Origin: Callorhinchus milii
Taxonomy: Eukaryota
Reading direction: 5' to 3'
Assembly (NCBI RefSeq): GCF_018977255.1
Contig: NW_024704743.1
Coordinates: 8,186,001 to 8,250,000 of the forward strand
DNA length: 64,000 bases
Shown here: piece after piece, positions 50,362 to 62,037 of the stretch
How the letters are laid out: the number at the start of each line of letters is the position of its first letter
Position numbering within the stretch: position 1 is the first letter of the stretch
Position numbers and translations under genes: made by a program
Notes under the pieces: model-generated
Told to the model about the DNA's origin: nothing
Database searches by the model: none
Seen by the model: only the letters and a program-made list of their open reading frames with translations

Positions 50362-50539
50362 TCAACTGCGACCAAATACGGTTTCATATTCTGTTAGGAT
50401 CAATTCCACTATTTGATTCTGATAGACCATGTGCACTGCAATATTGCCAGTCTCTTTCTCTGGCTTCAGAAGGGTTGGACCAAATACTATTGCAACGCTT
50501 TGAGTGGTCATTCGGTTTAGCTCACCGTTGGCAACAATC
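50362..50539 (-). CDS. ARHGAP12: ARHGAP12 terminal coding exon: IVANGELNRMTTQSVAIVFGPTLLKPEKETGNIAVHMVYQNQIVELILTEYETVFGRS*
   Basis: ttcttcctag|G acceptor in phase 2, matching the previous exon. NRM...AIVFGPTLL motif; TGA stop at 50362-50364. Confidence 0.94.
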
Positions 50540-50708
50540 CTAGGAAGAAAGAGCAAAGCAAAGTCTCAAGCCAGCTTAAGTGTACATTCATGCTGAAATA
50601 TTACACAATAGCCAAGTATTGGCCAGCACACAATTTAATTTGATCAAAGTGGCATACCTAAGAACTCAGATAATAAGATAGATAATGACTCCCATATTTC
50701 TGGTTATT

Positions 50709-50953
50709 TATTTTTGGTCAGCTGGGTGTCTGACACATGCGGAAACCCATCACCATGCTTAAGAGTATCCAAACCAAGCTGATTCGAATGTGCATTCTGT
50801 TCCTGGAGGAATGCATCCTGCTTATCAAATTCAGGAAAGTACATAGGTTGGCAAGAGCCAAGGCTTGGGGACCCCAGAGTGTGCATTGGGGTACTGCTGG
50901 AGTCTAACCAGCTAAAACTGCATAGCTTGCCATTGATATCATTGTCTGGCAAG
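50709..50953 (-). mobile_element. Family X 5'-truncated copy with 15-bp TSD, in the last ARHGAP12 intron
   Basis: ATATTTCTGGTTATT at both 50694-50708 and 50954-50968; body matches 12960-13250. Confidence 0.8.
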
Positions 50954-51604
50954 ATATTTCTGGTTATTGAATCTCAATATATTTTATTGACTATTTGTTG
51001 GATATAAACTGAGCCAACACAACATTGATCAGCCATTGTATATCACTAAAAGGCTTCACAGATGCCTGTAAAATATGAATTAATAAAAATTCTGTGCAAA
51101 CAATTCAAAACCACACACTATTTTAACTGGAAGGCAAGCTTGATTAATTCATGCTTGCTAACTCACTTTAATAAAAGAACTGGATGTTGATGTTAAAAAA
51201 AAATGCTCAATGGAGCCTATCTGAAATGGTATGGACTAAGTGAATACAACAGTGAATACTAAGTGTATAATTGCTAAGTATATACAACACTTAGTAATAA
51301 CAACAAAAATATGAATTTGGATCTAATCCAAAATTACATTTGTATAGCGCATTTTCATGTCAGAAGGACGTCCCAAGGCACTGGACAGTCAGGGATTTGG
51401 ACCCAAGCTGGGGGTCAAGATCGGGGAGGGTGGAGGGCAGGGGAGGTAGCCGAAGGTGTGATCAAAGAGGAGGGTTTTGAGACGTGCCTTGAAGGAGGCA
51501 AAGGAGGGAGCGAGGCGAAGGGAAAGTGGGATGGAGTTTTGAAAGGGAAAATGTAGAAAAGGAATTTTGTAGCAGGAACAAAATCCCTTTATAGTCACAG
51601 TTCA

Positions 51605-51910
51605 AACACTGTTTAGCAGTGAGTTAGCACACTGTCTGTTCAACTCTGATCTGAATTCAGCTTGCAATGCTGAGATGAAAGTCTGTCTTCTGCCTAAAGA
51701 GATTTTCTTATTGTGTGAGTTTATGCATTCTTAATCTAGACACCACAAAAGGTGGTCAACATGGGAAATGGAAAAAGTCACTTTGGTGCAGATGGGGTGT
51801 TCACTTGAGATTTGGATTAGAGCAAAGTAGAAAATATTTTACTTTCCATTAAACTCAAGCCGTAGCTGACTCAGAAGTACTTCATGTGGACAATGGGTGT
51901 CCAAAAATAG
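51605..51910 (+). mobile_element. Highly diverged LF-SINE-like relic in the last ARHGAP12 intron
   Basis: Resemblance by recall to LF-SINE blocks (GATGAAAGTC..., TGAGTTT..., ...TGGGTGTCC); weak. Confidence 0.35.
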
Positions 51911-52344
51911 TCTCTCATCTTGCTAAATGTGGGCTGGGTGGGGCGACGGGGGCAGGGGTGGGGCAATCACAGGGTGGAGGGTGGTAGGGTGAGAGGGAGG
52001 AGAGAATTTTAAAAGAATTCTTTTAAGTTATCCTAAATCTGAAAAACGAAACAGTGGTCACAACAAATGAACAATTTAGGATTAACATCAATAAGAGAAA
52101 ATAAATCACCAGTTCAATTGTTGGATGTGGAAAAATGAAACCCTAAACACATTCCAATATTCAGAGCCTAATAAATTATTCTTAACAAATAGTTATTTTA
52201 CACTTGGATTGTAATAAGTGTTGCAATTTACAAAATGATTAATTTTCAGGCAGAAATATAAGAAAATTATTAAAATTGTACACAATATTGCCCATTAATC
52301 TATGCACATCACAGGAACATTAATGGCAATGTGTTTGTACTTAC

Positions 52345-52450
52345 TTGCCAAGGTGCTGGAAAAGTATTTGCATAGTGTCGTGGTTTGGTTTAGGCAACTG
52401 TCTTATTAGTTCCTTAATATCTTGAACACGCTGCTTGTAGTCTGGATTTT
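52345..52450 (-). CDS. ARHGAP12: ARHGAP12 penultimate coding exon: (K)NPDYKQRVQDIKELIRQLPKPNHDTMQILFQHLG(K)
   Basis: ctttcag|AA...GGC AA|gtaagt; 106 bp, phase 1 to 2. LP..N..T...LF.HL RhoGAP motif. Translated by hand. Confidence 0.93.
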
Positions 52451-54342
52451 CTGAAAGATTTAGAAACCCAATTATTTTTAATGCCTGCAATTTAGATTTA
52501 AGTTGTGTTCTAGAATGGTACCTTGATTACTTCGAGATAATTACAAACCAACTGTTAGCCACCAATGGCTGAGGTGCGCTGGAACACTAGTGGACTGCTG
52601 GGTCTGAAGCAGATGTTAATGATAATAATCCTTGCATTTGATATAGCGACTCATCACTTTGTTGCAATATTCTCAAAGCGCTTCACGGGTTTTACTGTAA
52701 AGTCTAGTGATTTTACTGTAAAGTCAAATTGCACATAGCAATGTCCCACAAACAGCCACGAAGTGAATGATCAAGTTTATCTGGAGAGATTGTTAGCCAG
52801 GACACCAGGAGAAACTCCCTTTAGCTCCCAAATTCGCTTTTGTATCCCACTTCAACAACTGGTTGTCACGACAATTTATTACACTATTAACAGCAATAAA
52901 GGGGAACTAACCACAGTATATATTTATAACTTATTTTATATAATACTTTTTGGCTATTGACTGCACAAGCAGTTTGATTTTACAATTTACTGCCACAGTT
53001 AATTGTTGTCTTTCTTTTAAAACTGATCCAAATGCAAAGCCGGAAAGAAAAAAAGAAATGGCATTCAAAGAAAAGTAATCCAATTATTACTTTATTAGCA
53101 GTCCAAGGCTAACATTTTTATTAATTCAGACTTTCCTTTACTTCATGCATCGTTTAACCTGCATAATCCTTTCACACAGGATTTGGCTTCTACATGTCAC
53201 TCGTGCACTCTACTCCACCATTGACGGCCATGCATTCAGCCACTACTCCATGAAACTCTGTAGCTCTACGCCTCAGGCCCTCTGCATTAGCCCCTCTTTG
53301 CCCATTTTCAGATCGCATCTAAAGACCTTCCTCTTTGACTGTGAGAACAGTCACCTCTCTTCTCCCATAGGCTAGGCATCAGGCCTGTTAAGCTCTCCGA
53401 GTCGCTACCCTCATGAAGGGCGCTATATAAATGCAAGTAGTTGTTGATGACTTTCTGAAGCAATTAACAACAACATTACATTTGTAATAAACACAATGAG
53501 ATATACAGAGAAGGGAGAAATAAGAAAACTGATCAAAAGCAGTCAAACACCTGTCTTTTAAAAGGGTTTTTGAACATAGTGAGAGAGGAGCAAAGTGAAG
53601 AGATTTTGGAAGAGAGTTTCACAGATCATAGGCACAGTGGCCAAAGCTTAGCTACCATTGGTGAGCAAACGGAGTGAGAAACCAGAATCACAAGAGCAGA
53701 AGGCATGAAGGCATGAAGACGACTGTGTAGGCAAGGAATAGCAAGATTGTGAAGATACTTGAAGCGCGAGGATTGTAAAGTCTTCTAGCATACCAGGCAC
53801 TAGACTCAATGGCAAGGATGGGAGCATTCAGCAGTTCGAGCCTGTTCCCCCATTTAATTAAGACCATGGCTGATCTGTACCTCAACTAATCCTTTCAATT
53901 CCGATTTCCCACTTTCTCCCCATATCATTTACCCTGACCTACCAAAAATCTATCACCCTCACTCTTGAAGGTGTGGATGGATCCAGCATTCATGGCCTTT
54001 TGGGGGGAGAGAATCCAATGCTTCTTGATTTCACTCGTAAATGGCCTGGTTCTAATTTTAAGATTATGCCCCTTGTTTTGGATTCCCCCACCAGAAGAAA
54101 TAGCTTCTCTGTATCGACCCTATCAAATCACTTTATCATCTTAAATACCTCAATCAAATCACCCCTCAATCTTCAAAACTCAAGGAAATACAACTCAAGT
54201 TTACGCAGCCTTTCCTCGTAACTTAACCCTTTTAGGCCTGGTAACATTCTTTGAAAGATCTGTCCAACTAAGCTCACTCCACCGCTCTTACCCAAAACTC
54301 CTTCCAGATTGTATTTATTTACTCTTTAAGGAGAACAGTCCC

Positions 54343-55397
54343 AGACTACTCTGCCCAGCAAGTCCAAACTATTCGCATAAAAGTTGATCTTAATAGGGAA
54401 ATGGTGCAACAGGAAACTATTTTAAAAATATTCAGAGTGAAAAGAAGTTTGCCTTGAGAAGCACAATCTTACTGAACCTTAAAATGACTACTGAATCTGT
54501 ATTGTAATGAATCAATCAGGCCATGGGGAAAGTACCCGTGCTCTTGGTGAGCCATTGTGCTGGTGGCTGTAACTATCCTGCCTTCTTGGTTGAAGAATGA
54601 ACTATGGAAGTGGAATCAAATGTGGGGAATGTGAAACTGGTAAAAACTGCAGAAAAAAACTACAGAAATTCAAGCGACTTTGACTTAATTTCAAAATGAA
54701 AGAACACGTTGAACAGAGCTTTTTGATGCTTGATATTCAATTGAGGAGTTTTTAAAATCTGGCTTTTGAACTTCATCTTTGTCCCAAATGGCATCCAAGT
54801 AATAATAATCCTTGCATTTGATATAGCGCCTTATCACGTCTTCGAGACGTTTCAAAGCGCTTCACAGAATATACTGTAAAGTGAATTGAGTGTATATTTT
54901 GTGGGTGAAACGCGGCAGCCAATTGCGCACAGCAGTGTCCCACAAACAGTAGTGGATTGAAGTGACCAATTTTTTTTTTTTTTTGAAGGAATTATACAGC
55001 TATGAAAACTTGTAATATGTTGTACTTGAACCAGTCGAGCCAGAGTAGTCATAAATTTATAAATAACATCCTCAAAATTACACTTGGAAAGAGACAAAAG
55101 GAAAGTACTGAGTTTAGCAAAGCACCACGCTGTGGGTAATCAGTGCACTGCAAGTAAATAACACGCTGGGGGAAACAGCATATAAAGACAAAATGCATAA
55201 ATTTGATGTCACCTCACACTGTTAATCTACTTAATGATGAACCTCTCTTAAAATTCAGTAATTTTAAGCTAAGACTGTGCTCCTAAAGGCAACTTCTTTT
55301 GACTCTGAATATTTTTAAAAATAGTTTCCTGTTGCATCACTTCCCAATTAAGAACAACTTTTATGTAAATAATTTGGGCTGCTGGACAGACTGGTCT
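54343..55397. repeat. Intronic inverted repeat pair, arms ~54343-54496 and ~55253-55397
   Basis: Arms are reverse complements along their length, e.g. TGCAACAGGAAACTATTTT / AAAATAGTTTCCTGTTGCA and CATAAAAGTTG / CAACTTTTATG. Confidence 0.88.
54800..54995 (-). mobile_element. Young SINE 3' half, inside the spacer of the intronic inverted repeat
   Basis: AATAATCCTTGCATTTGATATAGCGCC...GTGACCAATT. Confidence 0.85.
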
Positions 55398-56004
55398 AGT
55401 TTCTGTGATGCTCAAACAAACACTATTACAGCAATAAAGCTATACCAGTAATAAGTAGTTCAAACATTGTAGTACTGACTTTCACAGAATGAAACAAAGC
55501 TAAATACAATTTCTTATTCTCTTCGCCAAAACTACTTGCATGTTCCCAGCAATGGTAATCTAATCTGTCTGCTGGGAGGTGCACAAGTTTCCACAAAGAT
55601 TCTCCTTTTAATATTCTCTTGGCTAAGAGAAGGTGAGAAGGTAAGAATCTAGCCTCTTCTCAGTGCTTTACCACAGCAATATGGTCAAGTCTATACTTTA
55701 GATGGCATACATGCGCGAGAAGGGAACAGAGTGGTGGGGAGTGTTGGAATCGTTGGAATTTTGGCCACGATACCAGTTGAATTCACTAGTTTGGTCGGTG
55801 AGTCTGTAATTAAATGGCATCAATTTAAGATAACAACTTTGCAATTTGCAACTGCACAATTGGGATGACTCAAGGGTAACTGCACTGATTTGATTTTTTT
55901 TATAATTTTAGAACAATAAATACACATTTTCCAAGACCAGTCAGGCATTTAATATGAACTAAGTTTTTCATATTTTTATAGTATTTATAAACAAAGAATG
56001 TAGC

Positions 56005-56918
56005 TAATGTACCTGTCTGACATCGAGTCCTGGACGAGAGACAACTTTCTTCAGCTCAACGTGCGCAAAACTGAGGCCCTCCAGATTGGCTCGCGTCAGC
56101 ACCTCCGCACCTCAGGCGCTGACAGCATCAGCATCCAAGGCTGCACTCTCCACCTCTCAAAGCCAGTCAGGAACCTCGGGGTTCTGTTCGACCCTGAGCT
56201 GTCCTTTCTTCCTCATATCCGCGCCACAACTGGCATCACCTTCCATCACCTCCAAAACATCGCCAGACTACGGCACTACCTCACCCCTCACGCTGCTGAA
56301 ACTCTGGTCCATGCCTTTATCACCTCAAGGCTGAACTATGGGAACTCTCTCCTCGCCGGCCTTCCCGGCACCTCCCTCCACAAGCTGCAGGTCATTCAGA
56401 ACTCTGCAGCTCGTGTACTGTCCCGCACCAGGCTTCGCGACCACATCACTCCCACCCTCGCTCACCTCCACTGGCTCCCCATCCCCCAGAGGATCGAAGT
56501 CAAGATCCTCATCCTCACCTACAAGGCCATTCACGGCCTTGCTCCCTCCTACCTCTCCGACCTACTTACCTGCCCGTACCCTCCGTTCCTCTGGCTCCGG
56601 TCTGCTCCACATCCCCCGCCCCAACCGCCCTACCATCGGTGGCCGGGCCTTCAGCCCCTAGGCTCTGGAACTCCATCCCCCAGTGCCTTCGCCGCCTCCT
56701 CCCTTTCCTCCTTCAAGGCCAGTCTCAAGACCTTTCTCTTTGACCGTGCCTTCAGCTCCCCTCTCGACTCTCTACCCCCTCCTCGCTCCCTCCCTTCCCT
56801 CCCCTCACCCTGACCATTTCCCTCCTGCTCGGGTCCCGACCCAACTGTTCAGCGCCTTGCGACGTCCTCCCGACGTGAAAGGTGCTCTATAAATGAAATC
56901 TTGTTGTTGTTGTTGTTC
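56005..56918 (+). mobile_element. L2-clade LINE 3' end (RT C-terminus, 3'UTR, (TTG)n tail); best-preserved copy
   Basis: ORF 56007-56813 contains NFLQLN..KTE, VRNLGVLFD, LVHAFITSRLNYGNSLLAG, LQVIQNSAAR and LHWLP, all L2 hallmarks. Confidence 0.92.
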
Positions 56919-58592
56919 AACTGTATATTCTGAATGCCAGATAATCATGTTTAAAACATCACTGATTTTTACTTCCATTAAACAATTTAATTCATATAGT
57001 CTAAGCCAATACTCCAATGCAGCACTGGACAATGCACTACATTGTCGGAGGTGCTGTCCTTCGGATAAAACTCTAAAACCAAGGTCCTGTTTGTGCCTAT
57101 TCAGGTAGACGCTAAAGAATCCACTGCAGTACTCGAAAAGAGAAGGGAGTTTCTCCCAGCGACCTACCCAGCAATCCCCCAGATAAAACTGATCATTCAC
57201 TTTATGGCTGTTTGTGGGACATTGCGGTGTGCAAATTGGCTGCTAATTTCACCTACAAAATAAAGTCACTTTACGGTGCATCTTGTGAAACACTTTGAGA
57301 AGTCCTCCCAATGTAAAAGATGCTACATCAAATGCAAGTATTAATACTATTATTAATATTGATGACCAAATCCTGTGGTCAGCAGCAGAGTTCATTTCTT
57401 ATCCCAACCAGGCCATTCGTGATATTTTTTGCCTGACTTAAAATTATGGTTAAACAGGTTACATTACATCATTTAAATTATAATTATTTTGTTTAAAAGG
57501 AACTATGAATCCTTGATTATATCTTTATCCATGACTTTGGTCTAAAAAGAATAAATGGTATAATTGTAAGTGTGAATAAGGGAGCATAAGGTATTCCGAT
57601 TAAAAAGAACTAATTAAATAACAGTAATTAAATTGAAAGACAAGCCAATATAACAAAAGGAATTACTACATTATTACAGCTTAGGTGTGTCAAAATGCAG
57701 AAGCTCAAACCTGCTATAGATGTTGTCTTTTCACAATATACAATTATATACAATATACACGTAATTTGACAGTTTTTTTCCTAGTGTTTTATACCATCAG
57801 AAATTTCAGTGCATTACATTTGCAGTAGAAGTCACATTATTTATAATATTCCTATTTAAAATGGAAGAAATCACGTATCCAATTGTTCACCAGCAAGAGC
57901 AACTGAAGCTGGAGGACACACTTACAAGAGCACATTCCATCTAACCCGACAGTAAGTGACATTTACTAAACCCGTACTTTGAATCCATCATTCACAATTA
58001 TAATCATGGCCAATTTGGTAATTGAGCGTGTCGTGTGCGAGTATTCTCACTGTCTCCTTGATCTATTATTAGTTTTGATTGTGTCCCTCCCTTCTGAATG
58101 CACCTTTCAACCAGTTTGTACCATTTGTGCAGAGGTACTTATATTCCTATATTCTCAAAACATTAAATACTTTTCTTCTAAAATTGGCTAGGCTTTCACA
58201 GCCATCACTGGACAATTATAACAGTTTTTCATTTAACCTTTTCAGATAATCCTCTTTTTTGTTTCCTTTATTGTCATTTTGTTACTGTCAGCTCTTTTCA
58301 CTCAAATTACCGGGTACATAAGGTACTCTAAAATTCTCCTTTCATTCAGAAAGATAATGACCCTGAATTTGAGTCTCCAACATTTCAATAGGTCAGTGAG
58401 CTTCCCATCTCATTTCGACTGACTTACACTTCTATTTTCTCATCTGAAAATAGCACCTACATTATAATTACTTAAGAATCAAGATCTATTGAACGTTTCA
58501 GAAAGAGAATACATCACAACCTTCTGTGAACTGGGAAATGCATTTTTAGGATGAGATGAGAAGAATATCATTGACTTGTGGCTTCTACTTAC

Positions 58593-58727
58593 TGATTGCA
58601 TTGACAAAGTCATTAAAGAGATGATATGTGAAGAGAGGTTCTGGCAGTTCTCTGAAAAACATCTTCAGGGCTCCAGTAATTACATTAATATCCTCCCACT
58701 TGGAGTCTTTGAGGTCCAGTTTCTCAT
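58593..58727 (-). CDS. ARHGAP12: ARHGAP12 coding exon: (D)EKLDLKDSKWEDINVITGALKMFFRELPEPLFTYHLFNDFVNAI(K)
   Basis: ctttacag|AT...ATC A|gtaagt; 135 bp, phase 1 to 1. LKMFFRELPEPL RhoGAP motif. Translated by hand; not in the ORF track. Confidence 0.94.
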
Positions 58728-60492
58728 CTGTAAAGAAGATAATTCATTAGTATGTTCAGGACTGGAAGAAAACCAGCAGCTCACTGTGTATACTGCATTT
58801 CAAAGGTGTATTGTTGCAGAGGGGCAGCTTTAACCAGTAAGGAGTGGAAGAAGGCCCTTCAGGCCATTTGATCTCATTCCTTTCAGAATCCCCACACTAG
58901 TATCCTCCCATTACAGAAAGATGCAGATTCTTAAATGCTTCTAAAACTGCCAATAACTTAGCATAAGGTGGTAAACTTCTTTAGAACAGCACCAAACAAC
59001 GGAAAATTCACAATGGTACAGTGAAGATCTGAAGACGGACTAAGCCACACTATTATGAGCAGATCAGAAGGTGAATTAGTATCTGACAACTCTAAACTGA
59101 CCTGAGTTTCCTTGATGAGCAAAATGACAAGCAAATCATCAATTCTCCAGCATCAACACAGAGAATAGCAATATGTAGAACAGAACATTTTACTTTTTTA
59201 AACAAAAGCATCAGAAACTTTAAGTATCTCATGGTCTTAACTTTAACATTTAAGATCGTGCACATTTTAGCAAATTTTTGAACTCAATCTCAACGTGGAA
59301 GGTAGTTTTCTGCAAGCCTTTTTAAAAACTAAAAAAAGCTGACAAATAAAGGCAGACTTTTCCAAAATTTTAAGACAACGGTCTTAAGGCTAATACTATG
59401 AGAAATTTCGAGCTTAAAAAAAGCATTGCTATTCTGAAAATCATAAGCAGCTTGTGTGTGGTATTCAATTACTTTCATTGTCTGTTTACCTCTGGCCTAT
59501 GTCAGAAATGTCTAATTCTGTGGTTAATTAATGATTGATGTACATTGAAAAATAAAGGTAAGCAACTTTGAAAATGAAGTCCTTCCTCCATAAAGTCTGT
59601 AGAAAAGATGCAAAATGCATGTCCTCCCCAAAAGAAGATAGTTAACATTTATGCAGTAAGAAAACAGGGATGAACATATTAATATTTTGACAATTTTGGA
59701 AGCAAAGATGATAAATATGGCGGAGATGGAAACAATGGAAACTCTATTGTGAGTATGTGGGGGGGGGGGGAGCAGAGAAGAGATAATTTCAGACATAGTT
59801 TACAACCATGGATGTTATGGTCATATCACATACATAATGTTCATATAAACTTATCTTCCAGTTTAGTGAAATTCGTCAAATAACCAGAACTATTCCAATG
59901 AATGGTGTGGACACGTTGGATAATCCATATTAATACTTTTTAAATCACTTTCTTTCCTTCTCAAGCGTAAGAACATAAAAATTTGCTGGGCGAAAGAAGA
60001 CCATGGTCCACCTAGTTTGCCTTCCACCATCCTGGCAGTCGTTTGAAATGCCGTGTCCCAAACTACACACTGTATCCCATGATATTATTTTCTAGCAGAA
60101 ATCTATCTAATTTGTTCTTGAAACAAATGACATTTTCTGCTTTCGCTGTCTCCCTAGGGAGCCTCTTCCATAAGTTTACTACTCGCTCACTGAGGTAGTG
60201 TTTCCGCAGATTTGTTCAGAATTTACCCCCCTTCAATCGCAGGCCGTGTCCTCTGGTTCTACTGTTCAGCACAAGATAAAATTTCAACTACTTTTATCCT
60301 ACCATAAAATATTTAATACAATGCAACAATACAATATAAATTATAAATTACGCTATTTATATAGCACCTTTCAAGTCAGGAGGACATCTTACAGTGCTCA
60401 ATCTGCCAGCTGCCCAACCAAGCTGGGATAAGTGACTGGGGTTGAGCAAGAAAATTCAGAGTTCAGCAGTGCACTGAGGTAGGCCATTTAAA

Positions 60493-60810
60493 GTGGAGTC
60501 CTGTAGCTCAGTGGTTAGAGCACTCACTTTGCAAGTGAGAGACCTGAGTTCAATTCCAGGCAGAGGGCGAAACCTTGGGCAAGTTTCCTTACTCCACACA
60601 CCTAATAATAATCCCTCCAAAAAACCAAAACAATAATAAACTGGTCATTTTCAGTCTACGACTGTTTGTGGGACATTGCTGTGCGCAATTGGCTGCCGCG
60701 TTCGCCCACAAATATACAGTCAATTCACTTTACAGTGTGTTCTGTGAAGCACTTTGGGACGTCCTCCCGACGTGAAAAGCGCTATATCAAATGCAAGGAT
60801 TATTATTATT
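60493..60810 (+). mobile_element. Young tRNA(Ala-like)-headed SINE, short subfamily, full length
   Basis: A box TAGCTCAGTGG, B box GTTCAATTCC, TTTGCAA anticodon-like loop, conserved body, L2-like tail, (ATT)n; TTAAAG at both ends. Confidence 0.9.
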
Positions 60811-62037
60811 AAAGAGAGCAGAGTACAATCTGTGCCTTCAAGGGAAAAGATTTATGCCAAGACTTCTTATTGTATAACAGATTCTCTCTCTCCCCACTCT
60901 TTTCCTGAATGTTCTGTTCTGATTCATGATGTAGCACAGTACCACAATTACCGAGCAACCTTCAATACTTGACCAAATGGTCAATCTTCATGTGGAAGAA
61001 GAGAAAGAAGAGACATTGAGTAGAAACGCTGGTTAAGCACATACCAAATATCTGGATGTTCACATATGAATGTTCCCATATCCTTCCACACATGTCCGAT
61101 ATGCAAATGGAGGTAGGGTTCGAAATACCAGCAAAAACATTTCAGTCGTGCCCACCATTAAGTGATAAAATGTAATCATGCAGCATGAATATAATAAGCT
61201 CAAACATTTGTGCACAAACTTATACGTGTGCATAATTAGATTTTTCTTTGCTAGTAGCACAAAGGTGTACTTATAACTACTGTTGTGTTAGAGTCAGATC
61301 AGAGAGAGAGAGAATGTGACAGAGAGTTTGTTTATCCATATTGGGGCAACTGTCAGTCACTATGGATAATCAGCTCTCTACTGCACAATGTAGGTCATTT
61401 CCACCTTGGACAAATAATAATCCTTGCATAGAGCCTTATCACATCGTTCAGATATCTCAAAACGTTTCACAGAATATACTGTAAAGTGAATTGACTGTAT
61501 ATTTTGTGGGAGAAACGACTCATGAGTTGGTCAAGTTACATCACAACCTCATACTTTATTACAACAACAACTTGCACTTATATAGCGTCCTCCAAGCAGG
61601 GTAGCATCTCAGAGCTTCTATGCTTTACCTTCTTAATTATGAAGTAAGTATATTATCATACAATTTACAATGTTCTTTCACAGAAGGAAGCCATTTGGGT
61701 CATTGTATCTGCTCTGGCTCCTTTAAAGAGCTATTTATTTATAACCATATTTGCAACACAGAAGGTCATTTGGACCTATTGTGTCTGTGGCGATTCATTG
61801 AAAGAGCATCTATTCAGTCTCATTTAGTTGCCTTTTCTCCATAACCCTGGAAGTTATTCATTTTTAAATATCTATCTGTTTCCTTTTTAAAAGCCATTCC
61901 AGATTTTGCTTCAAATTATAGACATATCAAGCATATCTTAACAGTGGCAGATTTCCAGACATTATTCCATTTGCAGTAAAGGATACTGACAGCTCTTCAC
62001 CGTCAACTACCATTGGTGATCAGACTTTCGTCCTATG

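Noticed and set aside
51930..51998. G-quadruplex-like tract in the last intron
   Set aside because: G-rich on the template strand only, and such tracts are common; no further support.
50960..52320. Possible inverted repeat across the last ARHGAP12 intron
   Set aside because: Only short AT-rich patches (TGCCTG, GAACTGG, TTGATGTTAA) match; not distinguishable from chance by eye.
56007..56813. 268-aa ORF as a host or novel gene
   Set aside because: 5'-truncated L2 ORF2 C-terminus that shifts frame near the end; lacks the RT catalytic core.
60493..60562. tRNA-Ala-like sequences at SINE heads as real tRNA genes
   Set aside because: No complete acceptor stem or terminator; each runs straight into a SINE body and tail.
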